The notes: generated by a model from the sequence alone, not told the origin. A stretch of 60,733 nucleotides of DNA from an uncultured virus (IMG/VR IMGVR_UViG_3300021958_000021) (IMGVR_UViG_3300021958_000021:124001-184733), one strand, 5' to 3'; positions 19,301-29,291 are shown, counted from the first letter of the stretch. A program made the numbers and translations.

Positions 19301-22300
19301 TTTTGGGTCACGCTGGTATAAGAAATCCTTTACATAATACCCGCTATCACTATCTATGAAGCCTTCATAACTCATTTTATTATATGATTCGCCACTTGAA
19401 AGAATATCCAAATCAAAGAAATTAGACCCTCTTACAGAAGTTACTCCTCTAGTTTCTGGCATTTTGTGATTTGCAATTTCTTTAATATCTGTTCCAACAA
19501 TATTATTTACAAGAGAGCCTCCAGTAATATAGTTTCCATAATTCATTTTATACCCAGACGCATAGTATTTAATTTTGGACAATTTGTCAGTATAATAGTG
19601 GGTTCTTTTAGATTGATTATGGGCAGTATCGCTATATAGTGATTTTATAGAATTAATGTTTCCTTTTTCAATATTAAATATTCTATAAATACTAGGCCCA
19701 AACCTTTCGGTGTGAGTTTTAGGATTTGAACCCATAGTATTATAATAAAGAGGATAATCAAATAAAATTGGTTTTCTCTCTAAATTTAATAGTGGGCTAA
19801 CTAGACAAATATATTTTCCTGTATGTAAATGAGCGGCATTTAATAAATGCATTTCATGTGTCAATTTAGAAGATTCTTCATAAGTAGCAGAATAACTTAA
19901 TACTTGTAGTTTATCGCCACTAGAATATGAAACTTTTCTATCTAAATAAACTCTAACTGTGGAATAATCTGTTTGGAATTGCGCCCCTATAATAAAACCT
20001 ACAAACTGTTCTTCAATATATAATGGTTTATTATGATATTTTCTTTGAATAGCAATAGTAGATAAATATGACTGACTAGTAGTTTCAACATATCTAATAT
20101 CGGTTTGTGTGGAAGAAGCCGTTCCCAAGTCACTAAATGTAGTGTCTTGAGTATTTGCATAATTTACTTCTACTCTCCCTAAAGTCAAAGGAATATAGGG
20201 GGCTACCTTAACGATTTTATTTACTCCAGATTCTCTAACATTATAAATTGTAAAGTCAATTAAAGTATTTACTACATCAAAACTTTTATTGTCAAGTATT
20301 CCTTGAAACGCATTATCGTTTTCTATATTCATGCAATTTGAAATATTGTAGCCTAAATCTGAACCGTTTCCAGATTCTGAAGTTCCTGCTAATGTCTCTG
20401 CAAAAGTAGCCCTAGAAATATTTCTTCCCGAAGTAAAAATTATGCCTTTATCAGATGCTCCTGATAATGAGGTTGTTGATGACAATAATGGGTTTGAAGC
20501 AAGGGCTTTATTAAAAATTAAATTTTTATTCGTAGATTTATATGCAGTTAAAGTGCTTCCCTCTACTTTAGGAGTGTCGTATATGCTATGCGTTGTTCCG
20601 GTATTTGTGGCGGATATTTCCCCTACAAATCCTATTGTTCCGCTATCATATTGTGCATAAATGTGGTCGCCTTCATTTAAAGTAAGTGACCCCGAAAAAG
20701 TTAGAGCATTTATAGCGGTATCAAAATTACAGGTTAATGTTTCAGATAGCACTTCTAATTTATTATAAGGACTTCTACTACTATAAATAATGTCTTCGCT
20801 AAACAAAAAGTTTTTATTTACAATTGGAGACAAAAGTTTATTAAACTTATCTCTTCCTTCTAATTCCATAAAAGTTTGTCCATCCTGCTTATACGATTTA
20901 ATAGCCTCAATTTCTCCATCAATTCTTTCAATTTGAATAGAATAGGGGCCAACCAAATATTCTAAAACATCATTTAGAGTATCATAGTAATTTATTCCAT
21001 CGTAACTTAATGCTAATAGTTTCTTTTCGGGATATGTATTAGAAACGCTGGCTATTAACTTAGTAAATCCTAGTCCCATAAATTCAACAAAAAGATTTGT
21101 AAATCTATCTTCCATCATCACAAAATTAGTTAAAAGAGTATTTGTTGTTCCATTATGAGTAGCGGTTGCTTTAAATGCTCTCCGATAAATAATTTCTCCT
21201 TCCGTAGCCGTAAATGTTCCTGTTGAAAATACGGATTCATTAGTCGTTCTAATTCTAGAATTACAATTAATTTGTTGAGTTTTTGTTCCCGAAAAAGTTC
21301 CGATTCCATCAATAAATAAATGCGTGTTTCCAATTTTAATTTCATCTTCCGCAGATAAAAAATCTTTGAGGTCAAAATCTGATTTAACTCTATAATCATT
21401 AGACCCTAAATCTGCTTCAATTGTAGCGGGAAGAGGAAACCATTCTTGAATTGTTCCTGAATGCACCGAATGCCTAACTCTTAAAGAATCAAACTCGGAA
21501 ACTTTTTTAGGCATAATTCTAAAAGAATCTCCTAATTTAATTTGAGCAAACCCTCCTCTTTGTCCGATAGACTGTTGAATATTAGCATCAATAACATTAT
21601 ATAAAGTATTATTTTTAGTAGGAGAATATGAATAAAATGCGTATCTTTTTTGACCATTTCTTGTATATGTTATAGTGCTATCATCTAAATCTGTTCTTGC
21701 ATTTGGGAAGACATTGTTATAGTCACTATAATTTTTTGTAATTGTGACTCCTTCATTTGTCAGATATGGGCTATTTGAAGGGTCATCTAAATCCCTCAAA
21801 TTGTCAAATAACTCTAATTTCATAGTATATTTACTATAATCTACAATTGTATTTGCATAATCTTGAACTGTTAAAATAGTGGTTTCGTGAATCGTTCCAG
21901 TAAAATTAATTGTAGTGCTAGCATTTTCATTTTTCAATCTAACAAAATATTTTGTGTTATGGTCTAATTCATTATTCTTATCTAACTTATCATTGTAAAA
22001 ATAAAACAGAGGGCGGGAAACATATAATGTATTTTGTAATTCACTTTTAATTCCTGCGGAAATTGCAATCGCTGGCGTAGTTTTATCAATGCTAAATATC
22101 ATAAATTTGGTGTTAGCGGCCACTTCATTTCCTAATTTTGGAGAAAATTCAAATCCATCTCCGGTTGAGTCCATATCTAAAATTTCAGTAATTTTAGCAA
22201 AGTGATGTTTATTATGGTCGTCAGCATGAAGCAATACAAAATAATCCTTTGTGTCCCAATCGGCTGGATTAAATAAAACTCCCTCTTCTGAAGCACTATC

Positions 22301-22531
22301 GTAGCATTTAATTCTAAAGCCTTCTGTATTTTCTAAATTATTATACGGATTATTTGCTACTCCACCAAACTCAGTAATGTCCTCATCTGTGGTGTCATCG
22401 GGATAAATAATTGTGTATAGCCTAGTATTAGAAAAAGTAGATTCTGTAGTTAATCTAGGATTTGTAGGAACATTCCAACCGTAGTCAGAAGTAATAGTGG
22501 TTGCCCCTGCTTTATATGCTTTTACAACCAT
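16379..22531 (-). CDS. Very large (2050 aa) tail tip/hub protein
   Basis: Beta-rich and downstream of the TMP; MELEGRD and a C-terminal LQVGDIVNV...FLVLQMEH hub-like segment. Confidence 0.7.
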   Translation of the reverse strand: MVVKAYKAGATTITSDYGWNVPTNPRLTTESTFSNTRLYTIIYPDDTTDEDITEFGGVANNPYNNLENTEGFRIKCYDSASEEGVLFNPADWDTKDYFVLLHADDHNKHHFAKITEILDMDSTGDGFEFSPKLGNEVAANTKFMIFSIDKTTPAIAISAGIKSELQNTLYVSRPLFYFYNDKLDKNNELDHNTKYFVRLKNENASTTINFTGTIHETTILTVQDYANTIVDYSKYTMKLELFDNLRDLDDPSNSPYLTNEGVTITKNYSDYNNVFPNARTDLDDSTITYTRNGQKRYAFYSYSPTKNNTLYNVIDANIQQSIGQRGGFAQIKLGDSFRIMPKKVSEFDSLRVRHSVHSGTIQEWFPLPATIEADLGSNDYRVKSDFDLKDFLSAEDEIKIGNTHLFIDGIGTFSGTKTQQINCNSRIRTTNESVFSTGTFTATEGEIIYRRAFKATATHNGTTNTLLTNFVMMEDRFTNLFVEFMGLGFTKLIASVSNTYPEKKLLALSYDGINYYDTLNDVLEYLVGPYSIQIERIDGEIEAIKSYKQDGQTFMELEGRDKFNKLLSPIVNKNFLFSEDIIYSSRSPYNKLEVLSETLTCNFDTAINALTFSGSLTLNEGDHIYAQYDSGTIGFVGEISATNTGTTHSIYDTPKVEGSTLTAYKSTNKNLIFNKALASNPLLSSTTSLSGASDKGIIFTSGRNISRATFAETLAGTSESGNGSDLGYNISNCMNIENDNAFQGILDNKSFDVVNTLIDFTIYNVRESGVNKIVKVAPYIPLTLGRVEVNYANTQDTTFSDLGTASSTQTDIRYVETTSQSYLSTIAIQRKYHNKPLYIEEQFVGFIIGAQFQTDYSTVRVYLDRKVSYSSGDKLQVLSYSATYEESSKLTHEMHLLNAAHLHTGKYICLVSPLLNLERKPILFDYPLYYNTMGSNPKTHTERFGPSIYRIFNIEKGNINSIKSLYSDTAHNQSKRTHYYTDKLSKIKYYASGYKMNYGNYITGGSLVNNIVGTDIKEIANHKMPETRGVTSVRGSNFFDLDILSSGESYNKMSYEGFIDSDSGYYVKDFLYQRDPKIARMFIFSTCDLLPYSSERYDSLLAAAPYSKTIENYSLFALKSPQNAGRADAKDLILGQSETINSTDESYISASIISANKTISSLKRFGIFRLTEVVYDWHFNQFDPENIVSKDRNLKKFSKSDYRVSTLASGSANVIASSATTIQYDTAISASHLDIIFDDYGRKIGEVSALGVTTTTITNDTLNLDGVIHTDGNQLAQTPHLKMTPATQRDSDQIKGHGEEDTVILNGEIHMLKSFAVNTVGSGEYGGAASSAWDSYYSATLSNGAATARKPNLFLPVDLGVNSRGNSNTRYSSEVVNMFVESINDHNLASAFANEDLALTGFKAVFFDRYTIEEGTDLVDKGMVSSKITGMSFSEDTGGGQNDIGLIFIKTDGNFGENESRNKSGGSSATTADGTFMGFKPQITLPSPTSNKASGNRSVYHYSIQANGENTFLNFVDLTGTYLVSAEGKYYDGDGTIQNSAIGESMNELTVTDMAYVISHELDHTNSAHYHILTLDTNMNGKTCRIMQPNHTCFYSYSPKEIQLNTLSSRYTKMGNEDKMYESINAYQYRNTKGNHSDDGNNEGVLSMYVLLDTDNQPDLENTIYVKDYTSLDSLIGNTKLEMGISDGENSYITSVEYLTNSDAIGHYLSFGEIKESLGIVSVSETIDLVVNGDITSEHKRTMIGTGVQIGYEAQDIVNNLLESENLQYETDGSTSYYLAPNFKSIDLFSAINTVLKKINKTIFISGESYALKDNQSDDLYSSNITIGDKSNVKVFGFEKSSSIFNFYNDIAVYGNIHKSIRKGLKSIRKVGRKSLEFSDKALTTESEVIAKARELFALYNKNNFKIELLVNHENISTLQVGDIVNVEIAQENIQLSTFLVLQMEHQLTGLIKLQLGKYSKLLEDTLAELVSSTRKNEKDNRSENLDTNEDQYYFLEDIKINIRKLLVRKRTATGGYTLGFSTPLNTGTFTLGFGTGAAITLTDLLEEEY

Positions 22532-23640
22532 TATAAATCAGTCTCCTCAAATCTAAGATATAATAAGGTGTCATCGTAATTTGGCATAATATTTAAAATA
22601 TATGGAAATCTTTTTCTTTGAACGGAAGTAATAGCCAATTCATGCATTTCTCCCATAAATTGTTTGTTCGTTGTTGCTGAACCTGCTCCTGTTGAATCAC
22701 TACCGTTTGAACCTAAGTAAATATCTGTTCTATCAAAAGAAAATATTCCACTATCACTATGAGTATTTTTTGAAATTAAATTACCATTTAAATAAATTGC
22801 AAGCATTTTAGAAGATTGGCTAAAAACACAAGCAATATGAAATGAGTCGTTTATGTAGGTTGGTTGATAATAAGCCTGTAAATATATTGGGGTTGATGGA
22901 CTTAAACTAACATTATCCGGATTAGTTATAGTGAGCGTAGAGCCACTTATTCCTGTGACCTCTCCGAGAGAGGGAAAATCAAATCCATCACGATAGAACA
23001 CCTCTTGAACGCCTCCTGTCACAAATTGAGTAGGCGACCCTACGGTTAAGGTCGTATTCCCTGCTCCCGATGTGTAGCCAGTTGTCACATATCTTTTTTT
23101 CAATTTTCCAGTTTCGTCAAAACCAGACCAAGTGTATGAAAAATCAGAATAATTATATGTTTTACCTTGAATGGGTAAAATGACAGAATCCGTAGTATAT
23201 GTGTCTGTTGTTGAACCTAATTTTACTCTTACCCTAATTTTATATTTTGCGGGCTGATTGTATAAATGTTCCGTAGCATTCACTAAACTGACTTGAAAAT
23301 TAGTATTGTAAAAAATCATCATTTCATGTGTAAGCCTCGCAGATTGAGACAAATAAATATTGCTTTCTGAATAAGCAGAAGAAGCATTTTGCATAATTTT
23401 GTGTGAGCGATTTGTGTCGGGATAAGTAGAAATAATACCGTTTATTTCATAAGGAGTAATTATAGATTCAAAAGTAAATGTGCCGGTATGTCCCCAAATA
23501 CCAAATGCGGTATCATCCGTTGTGTCTGATGGAGTAGTTTCAATATCAGGAATATTGTTTGAATAGTCCATTTTAACTCTCGCATTACACATAACAGGAA
23601 ACACTAAAGAGCGTTGTTTTCCCGTTAAAATATTATACAT
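22531..23640 (-). CDS. LamG/concanavalin-like tail protein
   Basis: FTFESII...FHIACVF...IYLNG...IYLGS...FMGEMHELAI motifs. Confidence 0.75.
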   Translation of the reverse strand: MYNILTGKQRSLVFPVMCNARVKMDYSNNIPDIETTPSDTTDDTAFGIWGHTGTFTFESIITPYEINGIISTYPDTNRSHKIMQNASSAYSESNIYLSQSARLTHEMMIFYNTNFQVSLVNATEHLYNQPAKYKIRVRVKLGSTTDTYTTDSVILPIQGKTYNYSDFSYTWSGFDETGKLKKRYVTTGYTSGAGNTTLTVGSPTQFVTGGVQEVFYRDGFDFPSLGEVTGISGSTLTITNPDNVSLSPSTPIYLQAYYQPTYINDSFHIACVFSQSSKMLAIYLNGNLISKNTHSDSGIFSFDRTDIYLGSNGSDSTGAGSATTNKQFMGEMHELAITSVQRKRFPYILNIMPNYDDTLLYLRFEETDL

Positions 23641-23649
23641 TTATTCACC

Positions 23650-24294
23650 TCAAGGAATAACGGTAGCGATTTCAAAATCTAAACTAAAAGAAACATCCAC
23701 GGATTCGGATTCAAGATTAAAAGAAAAACTTCTAATGAATCCTGTTAATCCAACATCATTTATAGAGTCTGGAAAAACAGAAAGCGGCAAGGGAACACCT
23801 TCGTTATCCTTTGAATTTCTAGTTCCTCTTGAAGAAAAAGTTAGTGGAATTAAATCTCCTCTTGCTCCAATTCCTGTTGAAAAATCTCTATCTTGCCAGA
23901 CAGAATCAACATTAGAAGGAATCAAAATAACCAATTCACTAAAGGCTTGCTTTTTAGCAAATCCAGTAGAGTCCACACCTGCGGCAATCATTTGAGCAAT
24001 TTCTTGTGCGGTAAAAAACTTAGTTGCAGTAGTGGGATTGTCTTCTTCTCCAAAAGTTTTTGTAATATATGCGTCTTGAATAAATCCACTTAAATTGACT
24101 GATTTTGAAGCCATACCTAAATCAAGGGCGGTAGTAATAGATTCTCCCGTAGCGACTCCGGAAAGAGGAATAGGGAAAGAAGGAATCGTTTTAGATACAG
24201 ATACACCAGCACTAGTAACATTCAAAGGAATTGTGTTTTGTGAAATAGGGTCGTCTTCTGCGAAACTTTGCGTTTTTAAATAAACATATGACAT
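23650..24294 (-). CDS. Probable distal tail (Dit-like) protein
   Basis: Immediately after the TMP; beta-rich 214 aa; assignment mainly positional. Confidence 0.5.
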   Translation of the reverse strand: MSYVYLKTQSFAEDDPISQNTIPLNVTSAGVSVSKTIPSFPIPLSGVATGESITTALDLGMASKSVNLSGFIQDAYITKTFGEEDNPTTATKFFTAQEIAQMIAAGVDSTGFAKKQAFSELVILIPSNVDSVWQDRDFSTGIGARGDLIPLTFSSRGTRNSKDNEGVPLPLSVFPDSINDVGLTGFIRSFSFNLESESVDVSFSLDFEIATVIP

Positions 24295-24298
24295 TTAA

Positions 24299-26284
24299 TC
24301 AGCCCCCAAATGTTGTTGATGGTGTGACTCTATTAATTTTTGTGTTCACCATCTGTCCGATTTTATCTGCAATTCTGCGTAATTCTTGGTCGGAAGTGTC
24401 TCTTGCATTAATTGTAATGTTGAAATTATTTACTGTTCCGCCCATCATTTTCTTAGAATCAGAATTAGAATTGACTCTTGCACCTGCGGGCAAATTAACT
24501 AATTCTGGGCCTCTTTCCCCAACAACTGCTAATCCTCCCTTAGATACTCCGCCATTTGCAAATCCTGGAAGTTTTCTTATTTTTCTTCCAAATCCTGAAA
24601 TTGTATCTCTAACTCCTTTTAAGAAGTCTATCATTTTCCAAACCCCATCAATCAAAGGTTTAAATTTGTCAGATAATTTGTCTCCAAAGTATTTAGCAAT
24701 CGTAAATCCTGCGGCGAGGATAACAATTCCAAAAGCAATCGGTAAAGCAGCAATACCCGCTAATAAGACTAATTGGGCAATAATATATTTAGCAATAATA
24801 AAACCCCCAATAAATAATCCTAACACTTTAAGTCCTTTAAATATTTTTTCTCTAAAAGCAGGGTCGTCTAAGAATTTGACAATAAAATCACCCACTAATT
24901 TAAAACCCGCTACTAAAGCAAGGAATCCAACATCTAATAAAACTCCAAGAGTTTTTAATAAGAAAAGAACTCCTTTGTCAAATATTCTTTCTAATAACGG
25001 AACAATTTTCTCATAATCTCCTTCAAAGAACGCACTTACTACAGAAAATACATCTCCCAAAATGCTCATTAAGTCTGAACCTAAATCTTTAATTCTATCT
25101 ATTACGCCCATTTCACTTAAAATCCCATATAATTCTTGGAAGTATTTCATGCCTACTAAAATTGCACCTGCGACAATAATTCCTAACATCATGTATTTAA
25201 ATAAAAAATCTGTAACCTTTACAATGCGAGTCCCGAACCGTAAAATTTTAATTCTTGCTTTTCTAGCATCCTTTCCCCACGGAAGAAGCGCACCTTTGGT
25301 TAATTTAAATAATCCTGAAAGTGGGCGTAACCCCACCGCTACCGGCATTAATGCAGTAGCAAAATTTTTCTTACTGAAAATTTTGCGGGCTGATTTTAAC
25401 TCATCTTTTCTTAACTCAACTGCCGCCCCTTGGTCTTTTCTCATTTGTTTTCTTTCTTCTTTTGCTCCTTTTCTTGTAGCAAAGAAAGTTCCTATTTTGC
25501 CCTTTCCTTGCCCCTTAGCAGTTTCTTTTGCTATTTTTCTTGCTACATCTAATCTAGATTCATCAAACGCATAGTTTTCTCTTAATTCTCTAGCAACCAG
25601 TTTCATTTGTTTTCTTTGGATTTCCATTTGTTTATTAATAGCAATTGTAGCAGCCACTTCTGCTTTTCTGTTATCATTGGAAGCCATTAAAACTTTATTA
25701 TATTCCTCTGTATTTTTGATGTTTTTAAGCAATTCTTCATTTTTCTCTTTAACATTTTTAAAATTAGTTTTAAGATAGTCGGCCCTTGCTTCCAATAGTC
25801 TCTTTTCTCTGCCTAATGTTTGTAATTTCTGAAGATTTGCCCTTGAACCCTTTCTTGCCTCAGCATTATATTTTTTCTCTATTTTTGATTTCTTTTCCAT
25901 TGTTTTATTATATTCGGATTCGCTTCTTATTTGAAGGTTTGAAATTTTAGAAGCATCTTCAACTTCTTTTTTAAGAGAACGGAATCCTTTAATTTGATTA
26001 ACGACTTTTTCATTTTGCTCTTTCATAGTTGCAATATTTGCTTTACTTGTTTCTTCAAACTCTCCTAAAACACCCAAAACTCCTCTAAGGTAGTTTTGTA
26101 ATTTCCATAGCGGTGTGCCGGAAACAAGACGACTAAAAATAGTCCATCTCTTTGAAGCCGCATTTGTGCTGTTTGCGGCCTGTAACAAAGATTTTTTAAA
26201 TCCTTGAAACTCAATTGCACTATAAGAAGTTACTTTACCTAATTCATTAATTGAAGAAATAGTTTTATCAATTTCATCGGCCAT
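24299..26284 (-). CDS. Tail tape measure protein
   Basis: Helical/coiled-coil with hydrophobic segments and GFANGG...VGERGPELV motif; follows the frameshifted chaperone. Confidence 0.85.
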   Translation of the reverse strand: MADEIDKTISSINELGKVTSYSAIEFQGFKKSLLQAANSTNAASKRWTIFSRLVSGTPLWKLQNYLRGVLGVLGEFEETSKANIATMKEQNEKVVNQIKGFRSLKKEVEDASKISNLQIRSESEYNKTMEKKSKIEKKYNAEARKGSRANLQKLQTLGREKRLLEARADYLKTNFKNVKEKNEELLKNIKNTEEYNKVLMASNDNRKAEVAATIAINKQMEIQRKQMKLVARELRENYAFDESRLDVARKIAKETAKGQGKGKIGTFFATRKGAKEERKQMRKDQGAAVELRKDELKSARKIFSKKNFATALMPVAVGLRPLSGLFKLTKGALLPWGKDARKARIKILRFGTRIVKVTDFLFKYMMLGIIVAGAILVGMKYFQELYGILSEMGVIDRIKDLGSDLMSILGDVFSVVSAFFEGDYEKIVPLLERIFDKGVLFLLKTLGVLLDVGFLALVAGFKLVGDFIVKFLDDPAFREKIFKGLKVLGLFIGGFIIAKYIIAQLVLLAGIAALPIAFGIVILAAGFTIAKYFGDKLSDKFKPLIDGVWKMIDFLKGVRDTISGFGRKIRKLPGFANGGVSKGGLAVVGERGPELVNLPAGARVNSNSDSKKMMGGTVNNFNITINARDTSDQELRRIADKIGQMVNTKINRVTPSTTFGG

Positions 26285-26288
26285 AGTA

Positions 26289-26872
26289 TCACTTCACTTT
26301 ATTTTTAGCCTTTTCTATTTCTTCAAACTTAATTTTTTCCATTAGTCCATGAACCTTTAGTAAATCCTTAACTAGCGTCATAGGCATTTGATATACCTCT
26401 AAGGGACTTATCCCTAACGCTTTAGAAAGCGTATAAACTAAAATTAAAGATACCGAAGTCGGGTCATTTTCCCTTCCTCTTAAGGTATCTTCAATTATTC
26501 GTTTTTTTCCTCATCCTCCTGCATCATAGACATAGGATTCGGGAGGATTTCTTTAATTTGATTGCCGACATAAGGACTTAATCTCAGCATATCAACACTT
26601 GAAAGTGATGGTTCTGTTTTTGAAATGAAATTTTCCACCATGTATCTATACATGGCGTTCAAATCAAGGTCAAGGCTTTGAGTCCGTGAATCAATTTTCA
26701 TCACGGCATTTAAAGCCTTTTCAGCCTCAAGCCATGTGGGTTCTTTTACCCAGACTTTGAGGTATTCTTCTTTTTCTGGTGCTACACGAATATAGTGTAG
26801 TTTTGGCTCGGTTAGTGCAAATAGCACACTTTTATCTGATATAACTTTTTTATCGTTCAACATATTATCCAC
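26289..26872 (-). CDS. Tail assembly chaperone, -1 frameshifted long form (gpGT-like)
   Basis: Slippery A_AAA_AAC at 26501-26507; the -1 frame stays open to TGA at 26289 (KRIIEDTLRG...LSKALGISPLEVYQMP...KVK). Confidence 0.8.
26495..26872 (-). CDS. Tail assembly chaperone, short form (gpG-like)
   Basis: 125 aa between tail tube and TMP; ends GAA AAA AAC GAA TAA. Confidence 0.8.
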   Translation of the reverse strand: MDNMLNDKKVISDKSVLFALTEPKLHYIRVAPEKEEYLKVWVKEPTWLEAEKALNAVMKIDSRTQSLDLDLNAMYRYMVENFISKTEPSLSSVDMLRLSPYVGNQIKEILPNPMSMMQEDEEKNE

Positions 26873-26878
26873 CTTCTA

Positions 26879-26907
26879 TACCAACAAACAAACAAACGGT
26901 GTTGGTG
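26879..26907 (-). promoter_or_regulatory. Inverted repeat enclosing (TTTG)n upstream of the chaperone RBS
   Basis: ACCAACA...TGTTGGT arms around CAAA repeats on the + strand; function unknown. Confidence 0.3.
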
Positions 26908-26912
26908 GAATA

Positions 26913-27011
26913 TTATTCTGCTAATTTAGATTCTTTTGGAGTTACTTTTTTTGCTTCTTTCTTAGGCTTTTTTGCTTTTGCATAAAGGGCTTGCTTTTCG
27001 TATCTATCCAT
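26913..27011 (-). CDS. Tiny lysine-rich peptide (32 aa, not in ORF track)
   Basis: MDRYEKQALYAKAKKPKKEAKKVTPKESKLAE with GGGGTGA RBS. Confidence 0.55.
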   Translation of the reverse strand: MDRYEKQALYAKAKKPKKEAKKVTPKESKLAE

Positions 27012-27015
27012 AAAA

Positions 27016-28563
27016 TCACCCCTGTAAAATCCAATGAGTCTTGACGGTGCAAGATTGAAGGGTTCTCGGCATTAATGTGCCTTCAACAACAACTGGCCCT
27101 TTATCATCAGGAATGGGGAAATTGTTTGCAGATAAATAATAATCTGTAAATTTGAGTTCAAATTCTTCTCCGTTATCTTTAGTGAATTTTAACTCAATGT
27201 ATTGTCCCGAATCATTATTTTCGTCTTGATTAAGTAATTCGGTATAAAGTAAATCATCGGTTACATGCCCTGTAAATGTAATCTCATAGGTTCTTTGAGC
27301 AGGGATGCCCTCTTTAATAGATTTACTTCCAACCCCAATAAATCGTCGGTCTTGAAGATTATTGTTCATAGTCAAAGTCATAGTGTTAATCTTCAAAAAT
27401 TCTTGTCCGAAAACTTTGAAAGAACCAGAAGAAAAGAAGAAAGGCTCTAAGAAAGTAGGGGCAGACCCATAATTAAAGAAAGAAGTTTCATCTGTAACGC
27501 CTCTTCTAGCCACATAATCTTCTGTTTGCTCAAGCGAATGAACGACTCTTGTATTTAAGTCTAGAGTCATTTTAACTTCTTCATTTTCGTTTGCCGTCAA
27601 AGTTAGCGTATTAACTCGGTTTCCTCTTGCAATTTTTACGAAGTTTAAATCTTCTGCGGTTGAAGTAGCATCTGTCCGATAAGTGTCACTTGATGGTAGT
27701 TTGCTAAGAACCTGCTCAATAGCAAATGAAGGCAAGTTATCACTATCTAATTCTGTAAAGGTATATTCAATTGGATTTGTGATTGCCCCTGCAACTTCTG
27801 TTGGTAAAGTCAATTTATCCATATCTGCTAAAGCATCCTGTCCTTTCAAAATGGGAGGACAAATAACAGTTCCGACAGAACGATAGAAAATTGGGCCAGT
27901 TCCAACAAAAGCCCCATCATCAATATAAACTGCATTTGCCGTTTGAGCAGTAAATTCATCACCAGCCGCTAAACTTTCCGTTGCCGTAGTAGCAGTAATA
28001 GAAGAACAATTTCCTAAGAAATAATATAGCCAAGCCGCATGATTTGACACTAATCCTAAGTTTCCTCCAGAAGCAGTTTCAATTCCTTTGTATTGTAAAG
28101 TAAAGTTTCTTGAGCCACCAAGAGAAGTATTTAATTGCTTCATTTCAACTTCGGTTGTCGGGAAAGTGGCGGATTCAAGAATACCTAACCATTGGTCGGA
28201 TAACAAAACTGCCGAAGCATCTGTGTTTTGTTGGTCTGTTGGGACAGGTGCGCCATATCCAAGAATATGAAAATAATCGTCGGCGGCAACAACAGTAATA
28301 GATGAAGAAATTGCAGGAGAAAAAGTAATGGTATTGTGGTCGTTTGATGTAATGCGGTGCGAAGAGGTATATGTTCCATTATCATAAAATTCAATAACGC
28401 ATCCCACATATAAATCTTTAACCAATCTAAAATCATCGGCAAAGGCCGTTGATACTGTAATTGTTTCTTGTGATGCAATTGACGCAATAGGCACATATAA
28501 TGTGACTTCTGGCACAAAAGTTAAACTCGCTCCGCTTCCTAAAAAAATGTCTCTATTCACCAT
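27016..28563 (-). CDS. Major tail tube protein with inserted beta domains
   Basis: Precedes the chaperone and TMP; C-terminal TLTMNNNL...RTYEITFTG tube-like segment. Confidence 0.75.
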   Translation of the reverse strand: MVNRDIFLGSGASLTFVPEVTLYVPIASIASQETITVSTAFADDFRLVKDLYVGCVIEFYDNGTYTSSHRITSNDHNTITFSPAISSSITVVAADDYFHILGYGAPVPTDQQNTDASAVLLSDQWLGILESATFPTTEVEMKQLNTSLGGSRNFTLQYKGIETASGGNLGLVSNHAAWLYYFLGNCSSITATTATESLAAGDEFTAQTANAVYIDDGAFVGTGPIFYRSVGTVICPPILKGQDALADMDKLTLPTEVAGAITNPIEYTFTELDSDNLPSFAIEQVLSKLPSSDTYRTDATSTAEDLNFVKIARGNRVNTLTLTANENEEVKMTLDLNTRVVHSLEQTEDYVARRGVTDETSFFNYGSAPTFLEPFFFSSGSFKVFGQEFLKINTMTLTMNNNLQDRRFIGVGSKSIKEGIPAQRTYEITFTGHVTDDLLYTELLNQDENNDSGQYIELKFTKDNGEEFELKFTDYYLSANNFPIPDDKGPVVVEGTLMPRTLQSCTVKTHWILQG

Positions 28564-28592
28564 GCTTTTCTCCCCCTATCCTAACAAACTTA

Positions 28593-29111
28593 CTAGGGAA
28601 TACTAATTGCAAATCTTTTCGCTTCTAATGATATTTTATAACCAAAGAGTCTTTTACTTCTATCGTTGCTTTCTGTTCTAGAACCTACGAATAACTGATT
28701 AATTCTCGTTCCATCGGAAGCGGTGTAACCTCTTCGGCTTGTCTCCAATGCGTGAATCGTTATCAAGTATAAATCCCTTAGCCTGTCCCGCCCAAAATTG
28801 GGGTCTGTTGAACCTACCCCAACGGCTCGCTCATCGTGAATTGTTCTTAAATGTAAGGTAAATCCATAAGTTTCATTTCTAATATCATAATGAATTGTAG
28901 GATATTCAATGTTTTGAGAATCTTCAAATACCACAATAACATCTCCTGCGGATAAATCGTATCTTACGCCACGATTTTTTTGTAATGTTCTGACATCTAC
29001 AAGAGTCGGTAATGCAGGGGTTGAACCTAACTTACCGGCGGCATTTAATGTGCTTCTTGAAGTATTCCAATTATTTTCAAGAATATCAATAATAAGGCTA
29101 ACTTCGTCCAA
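28593..29111 (-). CDS. Probable tail terminator/neck protein
   Basis: Position upstream of the tail tube; size and alpha/beta pattern. Confidence 0.5.
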   Translation of the reverse strand: MDEVSLIIDILENNWNTSRSTLNAAGKLGSTPALPTLVDVRTLQKNRGVRYDLSAGDVIVVFEDSQNIEYPTIHYDIRNETYGFTLHLRTIHDERAVGVGSTDPNFGRDRLRDLYLITIHALETSRRGYTASDGTRINQLFVGSRTESNDRSKRLFGYKISLEAKRFAISIP

Positions 29112-29286
29112 AACTACTCACCACCTTATCAAATTCTTTTTTAACCGCCTTAGCATATTCATCTAGGGCATTTTTCATAATTTCATCTTCACTAAATGTA
29201 AAATCCATTCCTAGCATTTCGGACAATTCTTGCATGGCTTTCGCTCTTTCTTTTTGAATGCTTAGAAACGGCTCAAGAGACAACAT
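29098..29286 (-). CDS. Small hypothetical neck-region protein
   Basis: 62 aa ORF in the operon. Confidence 0.55.
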   Translation of the reverse strand: MLSLEPFLSIQKERAKAMQELSEMLGMDFTFSEDEIMKNALDEYAKAVKKEFDKVVSSFGRS

Positions 29287-29291
29287 TTAAA

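Noticed and set aside
24288..25574. Long + strand ORFs (242 aa and 170 aa)
   Set aside because: They are antisense shadows of the tape measure gene with no motifs. The same applies to the other short antisense ORFs in the track.
27016..28563. Contractile tail sheath
   Set aside because: No separate tube gene or baseplate wedge genes were recognised; position and C-terminal pattern fit a tube protein with extra domains.
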